In this document: positions 56,733-64,000 of the stretch, piece after piece
Layout of the letters: each line of letters opens with the position of its first letter
Position numbering within the stretch: the stretch's first letter is position 1
Origin: Chrysomallon squamiferum
Lineage: Eukaryota > Animalia > Mollusca
Assembly: GCA_012295275.1 (NCBI GenBank)
Contig: CM022672.1
Coordinates: forward strand, 27,838,001-27,902,000
Length of the DNA: 64,000 bases
Reading direction: 5' to 3'
The notes under the pieces: model-generated
What the model saw: only the letters and a program-made list of their open reading frames with translations
Databases searched by the model: none
Told to the model about the DNA's origin: nothing
Made by a program: the position numbers and the translations under genes

Positions 56733-59700
56733 AAAATTAAATAAACAAATTAATACATATGCACAAATTCTTAGTTTGATAAATAAGTATATCAACACTC
56801 ACCCAAAAATGATGATACATCCCACCCAGCCAGTGCTTCTTGTATTGTTTTTTTCAAACTCAGAATTTGTCTGCTTATCATGTTTACTGAGCATTTGTAT
56901 GGAGTTAATCCATTCAGTGTATATGTCAGACAGCCCATAAAGTATCCAAAGTGTCTAATAATAAACGAAAATCAATAATAGCGACAATAACAAAATAGGA
57001 ATAATATGAAAGAAAATAATAACTGATAATGGTGATGAAAATGATAATTATAATAACAAATACAAAATAATAATAATAATAATAATAAATAAATAAATAC
57101 TGTTTTAAGAATTATTATTATTTTTAATGATGGTAACAATAATAATGTTTATAAAGTGTTATTAATAATATTAATATGCTTATAATAATAATTATTAAAT
57201 AACTGATAACAATGCTTATAATAATAATTATAAAAAAAGAAAGTAAATTTACTTTCTAAAGTTACCAAAGTTACAGAATTAATTGAGATTTGGCATTTGA
57301 AATTACAAACCTCCATTTGTCAGCCGTTTTATCTTCCAGGATCTGCTGAATAGGCTCCATGCAGTAACTCTGTCCATGAGACCAGATATAGTCCCTATCT
57401 GGACACGCTTCCTCATGCAACCCTGGAAAAAAAGTTCATAAACATTAAATGTGTGTCTGTGTGTGTGTCATAATGAGTGAGTGTATATATGTATACGTGT
57501 TGTTTGTGTATATATGGTGATAAAAGTAGTAATAGTATAAGCAGTAGTAGTAGTAATAGTAGCAGAAGTAGTAAGTAGTGACTGTTGCAATAGATGTAAT
57601 TGTGATAGTGAGAGATGTATTAGTAGTAATAGTAGAGCTAGTAGTGCTAGTGATAGTGGTAGTGTAGTCGTAGTAATAATAACAGTAGTAGTAGTAATAG
57701 TAGTAATAAGGATAGTGGTATTATAGTAGCAGTAGTAGAATTAACAATATTGACAGTTATAGTATAGTGATAGTATAGTAATTGTGGTAGTATAATAGTA
57801 GTATAAGTTGTTGTAGTAGTAGTAATGATAATCACAATTAGGTGGTTGTAAGTAACAGTGGGGCTAATATCAGTAGCAACAACAGAACAATAATAATAAT
57901 GTTAATATCTTGTGACTGTTATTGTGTATTGTTATGTGTAGATAACATTTGTGTATCACAGATATAAAATGTTACCTAGGCATGATGGAGGTACTGCAGA
58001 ACCAAGAAGCATGTGTTTGTAAATTCGAAATGTCTCTACAAAATCTGACGAAGAACACTGAAGATCTTTTGTAGCAGATGCAAAATGCATATATGCTTTT
58101 TGTAAACACTCCATTAAATTTCCCAAAGGTCTGAATAAGAAAAGAAAATTTTTGAAAAAAAGTATAATTTGTAAAGGAACAGTAAATAATAATTTTGTAT
58201 AATATATGTAGGTATTTGATTATATTATATTTATAATTGCTAGTTTTTAATATACATTTTTACACACAAATACATACATATTTTCAGGAATATAATTAAG
58301 CTATTTTGAAAGTAAACATGATTTTCAGTATCAGAAATATAAATATTTTTATAGTTTTCTTAATCAGTATTGAACAAATAATTAGATATGGTTTGAAATA
58401 TGTTTTAAACACACACAGACACACACCCAAACACACACACAGACACACACACAGGCATGCTGATAATGTTAGGGTAATGTGTTTGTTATTGTTTTTTAAA
58501 GATAAACAAGGCCTAGGTTAACATGATCTATTATCACTCAGCAAAGTTGGCCCTATAACAATAATGCTATTGCAAAACATTTGAATTCTGACATTTGACC
58601 TCTTTAGAACTACAGATGTAACCCCAGAATGCATATTTTCTAACTCTAGAAGAAACTTCAACAAAGATATAAATTTTTTTACTTGCATCCCTCCATTTGT
58701 GTCTGCAGTTTTACAGCATTGAGGTCATCTTTGCAATCAAAAACAGAGATGTAGTGTACAATGTTAGGATCCTGACAGACATTGCTGTAGTTGGGTGGAC
58801 CAATAAATGTGTCCAAATCTGTATGGATAAATACAGGAGTATGTATTTATTAGATGTTGTTAAATGTTAAAATGAGTAATGATAATAATAATAATAAGAA
58901 AAAAAGGAAGTAATAATAATAATAATAAAAATTATAATAATGATAAAGAATAATAGTAAATGTAGTTGTAGTAATAATAATTATTATAAATAATAATAAT
59001 AATAATAATAATAATTGCAATAATAATAATAAATAATAATGATGATGATGTTGATGATGATTTCGATGATAGTAGTGGCAGTGATGATATTTATATTAAT
59101 TAAAAATAATAATAATATTAATGAAATAATAATAATAACATCAATAACAGTAATGATAATTCTCAATAATAATAACAATTAATAATAACAATAATCATTT
59201 TAATAATAAAAAATAATAATAAACTTGTTCATCTGTTTATCTGTCTCTCATTGTTTCATTGTACTTATATCTGTGTATTTTAGAAATATAGTATAAACCG
59301 TTCTATTAAAATAACCAATGTGCATGCATGTGTTAATATTCAGTTTCTGTATTTTAATTTCAAAAATTAACCTACATGGACAAGTACTTGGATTCCATTG
59401 TTCTTCATCAACTCTTTTTTCAAAATATTTTATTGCAGCTTTTGGAATATAGTAGGGATGACAGTCTTTGTGTAAGTAACTCACCATAAACTGAACACAC
59501 GATACAAAATAATAATATGTGCTGAAAGGAAACAAACAAAATAATAATATGTGCTGAAAGGAAACAAACAAAATGATAATATGTGCTGAAAGGAAACAAA
59601 CAAAATAATAATATGTGCTGAAAGGAAACAAACAAAATAATAATATGTGCTGAAAGGAAACAAACAAAATAATAATATGTGCTGAAAGGAAACAAACAAA

Positions 59701-62700
59701 ATAATAATATGTGCTGAAAGGAAACAAACAAAATAATATGTGCTGAAAGGAAACAAACAAAATAATAATAATGATAATGTAAACTAAAACATTGTAATAC
59801 TATTCCTGTGTTAATTTTCTTGGCACCATTAGCTTTCTTTACATATTTTTTAATATGTTCAAAAACATACATAAAATAATAATTGGATTTTAATAAATCT
59901 ATGTTCTGTAATGAACTGAAATGTATATATATAAACTAAAGGGGCAGTAAGAAAAGGATTATTCAAAATATAAAGAAATTTCATCCATGGTGAACAAAAT
60001 TATAAGATAAAGACTTGAGACAAAATGAAAATGAAATAATTTTTCTGATGGTCGTTGATACACAATTATTCAGTATTAAAAATATCATAGTTTAATATGA
60101 TGCTATTCTTTTGCAATTTTAGTTTATACATTAGAGCTATTTACCATTTCAGCCAATTCCCCATGACAGCTTTATAAAATATCACATTGTGCTTTACTGT
60201 ATGTGGCAAGGTGTATATGAAAATCCCTTGCTTCTAATTATAGCAGCATCAGGCCTCATCTCATTACCTATGAAGTCCTTGACTTTATATGTGATATTAT
60301 ATAATTTTCAACCGAAGTTAATAACTGTCTGAATCCTTTAATGAAGTTACACCTATTCTATAACTACATATATGCCTGATATTAAAAGCTACATAAACAA
60401 TATAAATAAATACTACTTACTTGCAAGCTTTCTTCTGGTCTACATTCATATACCTCTCCAAGACACTGAGAGAACTGTTACAGTAGGCTGAAACATCTCT
60501 GAATGCCAGGTCACATTTCGTAGGTTTTGGTTTCTCTTTAATAACAATTGTACTGAAATCTATTTTAATAATCAGGGCTGCCTCTTCACCATGTAGCTTC
60601 TTAATGACATTTGAAATTCCTTCAGACAGAAACCTCTGACACTGCTCTTCTGGGTTGGATTGGATTAGCTGAATAGTGGCTTGAACTTCTGGTGAATCTT
60701 GCTTTGGTTTATCAAGAAATGAAATAATAATGTTGACAATCAGGCTTCCAGCACTGAAACAAATAACAAATAGAAACTGAATGTTGCTGTTGTTGTTGCC
60801 ACTGCTACTGCTACTAACACCACTATTAATACTAAGTTTATTATGATTATTATTATTACTTCTGTTACTAATAATATATACAATTACTATCACTCTGTTA
60901 CTACTAATATTACTACCCTGTTCCTCATACCACTGCTATTACTAGCTTACTTATTAACAAAACTACCACCATTACTACAAACAATTCTATTACTATTACT
61001 ACTATTATTATTACTATTAATAATACTACTCCTCATAATCTACTGCTTTTAACACCACAAACACTACTTCTACCACTATTGCTATATTTACTATTCTGAT
61101 ATAATTACCACAAACTCTAGTATCAGTCTTACTATTATTCCAACTACTACTGCTATTACCACCATTACTAAGTCTACTATGAATAACATTATCACTACTA
61201 CTATTATCAGTACTATTACTATTACCACTACAACAACTACTACTATTGCTACTACCACTACATGACTACTAATATCAGATATTAGAACTAACAATAAAAT
61301 GATTACAGCTATTAAGAACATAACTACTACCACTCCTGCTATTACAGTGTTATTTTCTTATTCCTTTCATATAAATATCATTAATCTCAATGGTCATCAA
61401 TGGTCACTACCACCAAAAAAAATAAAAAAAATAAAATAAAATAAATAATAATTTTTTTATAAGACTACACTTTGATATATATTTTCTGTAACAGATTTGT
61501 AAATAAAATATATCTTTACCTGAATCCAACAACTTTACTTCCATTGTAAAGACTGGCTGCATCACTGTTCATATAAAACATGTCTGTCTGAAAAATAAAA
61601 AACAAAAAATAAACAATAATTTTTCTACAGTTAAACAATCTATTTAAATAATAATGATAATAATAGTATTAACATATTATACATCAGAAAATACTGATAT
61701 AAGTTCTGGAGTATGTGAAAAATGAAGAAACATGAAATGTGAAATTAGTGGAATATGTAAGTATATGAGAATGTAGGTGAAGAAGAAACAAATGGCTTAT
61801 TTAATGACATAGTCAAAGCATTTCTAATCTGTAGTTATAGACAGTAGCATGCACATTGTTAAGGATGATGATGACAGTGAGAAAAAGCACTTCCTTCAGA
61901 AAACAACATCTATGGAAACCACTGCATTAGAAACTGCTCAGGTGGCCTCCAGGGCACATGCATCACCTCACACACCACAGATACACAATTAGCTTGTCAC
62001 AGAGGAAAACCAGAAACATATAGATATATGAGATAATACAGAACAAAAAATTGTTTGATTATTAGTGATAATGTAATAAAGAGTGTAACTGCTCACCTGG
62101 TTTTTTTAATGATGCAATAACATATACCTAAAATAACTGAATATGTTGCAAAACCAAAAATTACATATAAATATATAATGAGTGTATGAAGCCAGAAAAT
62201 GTTTTATTTAATAAATTAATACATAGTACAAAGAAATGGACCCATATCTATGTACCACTTCTTTTTAGACTTCTTTTTTTTGATTAATTTTTACAGCATA
62301 TTAGTGCAGCAAAAACATAAAATGAAATAACAAATTAATATCAATACTATACAGGAAGGCCAGTGGTGACTATTAATGATACTGTTCTCTGTAGATCACT
62401 TAGTATTTATCATTGTTCATGATGTTTATCATCTTCTTGAGAGACTCTATGTTTTTTCTTCCAACACTAGTAGAAACAAAAGTATTTTGGTCCATCAAGT
62501 ACTGGAAGACATCATCACTGTAGAAAAATGGCAGCATAGAGATATTTTTAAACCACTCTTTTGCTGTATTACTTCTTTATTAATTATGATTGGACAGCAT
62601 AAAACAAATTAAACATACTTGGAAGCTTTTAGAATAGGCTTAGACTATATTTTTTCAGATAAGTACATGTCAAAGACAATGTTATCTAACAATTCACCTG

Positions 62701-64000
62701 GTTTTGTATTTGGTTTGCTTTTTCAACAAACTCTGTACTGTTTGTATCATTCAAGACAGCTCTGTACTCTTCATTGCTTATTTTATATGAGACCTCAAAG
62801 TCAGGAACTGTATGTTAATAAATAAATAAATTAATTAATTAATAAAAAATAAAAAATCAGTCAGACAAATGAATATTTAAACCTGTTAGACAGAAGACAA
62901 GTAAGTAATTATATAGATATATATATAGTAGATAGATAGATAGATAGATAAAGAAATAGATACACAGATATATAAACAGACAGACTGATAGATATGTAAG
63001 TAGACAAATAGATACAAGATATGCAGAGAGAGAGAGAGAACTGTATGTAGTAGATAGGTAGATGGAAAAATAAAGAATAGTAAGAACTTTTCTAATTATC
63101 AAATATTAAAGATATTTTTATTGTTGTTATTGTTTAAAATGACAATGATTGATTTAAACATTATTGTAACTATGTAAATACTGAAAATAAATAAATACGT
63201 TCATACATACACACGATCCTTATTTTAAAATCAGTGTTTTTATTATTATTATTATTATTATGATTATTATTATTATTGATATTTAATAATAAATCAAAAA
63301 AATATGCACTAACTTGGAATTTCTTCTGGTGGTGGGGCTGTAGTTGGTAATGTTGTTGTTGCTGTGGTGTACATGGTTGTGTTGGGGGATTCGGTTGTTG
63401 AACTGCTTTCAGCAGTTTTTTCAAATGAGGTGTTTGCTGTAGTTGTTGTCACAGTAATAGGAACAGTTTCAGTAGTATTAGTAATAGTAATAGTTTCAGT
63501 AGTATTAGTAGTAGGAATAGTTTCAGTAGTATTAGTAGTAGGAATAGTTTCAGAAGTATTAGTAGTAGGAATAGTTTCAGTAGTATTAGTAGTAGGAATA
63601 GTTTCAGTAGTATTAGTAGTAGGAATAGTTTCAGTAGTATCAGTAGTAGGAATAGTTTCAGTAGTATCAGTAGTAGGAATAGTTTCAGTAGTATCAGTAG
63701 TAGTAATAGTTTCAGTAGTATCAGTAGTATTAGTAGTAGGAATAGTTTCAGTAGTATTAGTAGTAGGAATAGTTTCAGTAGTATTAGTAGTAGGAATAGT
63801 TTCAGTAGTATCAGTAGTAGGAATAGTTTCAGTAGTATTAGTAGTAGTAATAGTTTCAGTAGTATTAGTAGTAGGAATAGTTTCAGTAGTATTAGTAGTA
63901 GTAATAGTTTCAGTAGTATCAGTAGTAGGATTAGTTTCAGTAGTATTAGTAGTAGGAATAGTTTCAGTAGTATTAGTAGTGGGAATAGTTGCAGTAGTAT
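45009..64000 (-). CDS. Large extracellular mucin-SEA protein with 12 tandem six-cysteine modules (5' end outside window; 27 exons, ~1,395 codons visible)
   Basis: Phase-consistent GT-AG exons: >64000-63314, 62807-62698, 61587-61520, 60753-60421, 59521-59376, 58818-58683, 58130-57976, 57422-57311, 56954-56803, 55993-55849, 55713-55574, 55208-55088, 54435-54290, 53149-53047, 52331-52201, 51872-51749, 51275-51106, 50438-50306, 49901-49750, 49493-49385, 49209-49061, 48615-48549, 47937-47822, 47504-47387, 46962-46817, 45813-45726, 45141-45009 (ends NITNCV-stop). Regular Cys spacing and alternating intron phases 2/1. Confidence 0.88.
45320..45718. repeat. Degenerate AT-rich ~40-bp tandem repeat next to the donor at 45725
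   Basis: Recurrent taaattaaactgatat and ttcatatttttatttatatatttt units. Confidence 0.55.
52637..53068. repeat. ~82-bp tandem repeat containing an exon 3' end plus splice donor
   Basis: aacctgttagagatatttt at 52683, 52765, 52847, 52881, 52962, 53044 (spacings 82, 82, 34, 81, 82). Confidence 0.93.
53435..53556 (-). pseudogene. Decayed partial duplicate (pseudo-exon) of exon 54435-54290
   Basis: Near-identical to 54287-54415 with a few substitutions and a net 7-nt deletion; keeps donor G|GTAC, lacks the original acceptor and first ~20 nt. Confidence 0.88.
59504..59768. repeat. 32-bp tandem repeat (8 copies) containing a splice acceptor plus exon start
   Basis: Unit acaaaataataatatgtgctgaaaggaaacaa; minus strand reads ttgtttgtttcctttcag|cacatattattatt. 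Exon-start positions 59521, 59553, 59585, 59617, 59649, 59681, 59713, 59742. Confidence 0.96.
60540..62807 (-). other. SEA domain encoded across three exons
   Basis: FEVSYKISNEEYRAVLNDTNSTEFVEKANQIQNQ / TDMFYMNSDAASLYNGSKVVGFS / AGSLIVNIIISF ... IKIDFSTIVI. Matches the SEA pattern L.D..S.EF, F..GS(V/L)(V/I)V and terminal ID..SI. Confidence 0.8.
63463..64000 (-). repeat. Coding 27-bp mucin-type tandem repeat, TIPTT(N/D)TTE
   Basis: About 20 copies of plus-strand gtttcagtagtat(t/c)agtagtaggaata; open on the minus strand and in frame with the unique Thr/Pro-rich stretch ending at the donor after 63314. Confidence 0.93.

Noticed and set aside
57520-57900. Thr-rich minus-strand ORF as an extra mucin exon
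   Set aside because: Degenerate (TAG/AGT)n tract without good splice sites; flanking exons already join in phase.
52637-59768. CRISPR-like reading of the 32-bp and 82-bp arrays
   Set aside because: Head-to-tail repeats with no unique spacers, no cas genes, eukaryotic intronic context.
60780-61350. Val/Ile-rich ORFs resembling TM segments
   Set aside because: Low-complexity (ACT/ATT)n intronic DNA that would interrupt the SEA domain.
63170-63424. 84-aa Gln/Pro-rich minus-strand ORF
   Set aside because: Alternative frame of the Thr-rich mucin exon plus intron.

Overview
AT-rich, intron-rich metazoan genomic DNA (invertebrate, mollusc-like by inference; not prokaryotic, and most ORF-track entries are microsatellite or intronic artefacts). 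Manual splicing gives seven genes in strictly alternating orientation. (1) 5' coding end of a secreted protein running off the left edge (-, ATG 146), with signal peptide + RRS + WTHPCG, resembling the N-terminus of Unpaired-type JAK/STAT cytokines; it lies downstream of ~11 kb of CpG-retaining non-coding DNA carrying NF-kB, STAT and CRE consensus sites. (2) FUOM (+, 6 exons). (3) STX18 (-, 10 exons). (4) TM2D2 (+, 5 exons, one GC-AG intron, head-to-head with STX18). (5) PGM3 (-, 18 exons, one probable GC-AG intron). (6) Intronless CD225/dispanin-like ORF (+). (7) The 3' 27 exons (~1,395 codons) of a large unrecognised extracellular protein (-): Thr-rich mucin repeat, SEA domain with G/SLIV cleavage motif, and 12 two-exon six-cysteine modules. 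Paired cysteine losses in those modules imply a C1-C5, C2-C4, C3-C6 disulfide pattern. The same gene has tandem repeats that multiply a splice acceptor (8 copies) and a splice donor (6 copies), plus a decayed exon duplicate. All homology calls are from memory of the protein families; no searches were run.
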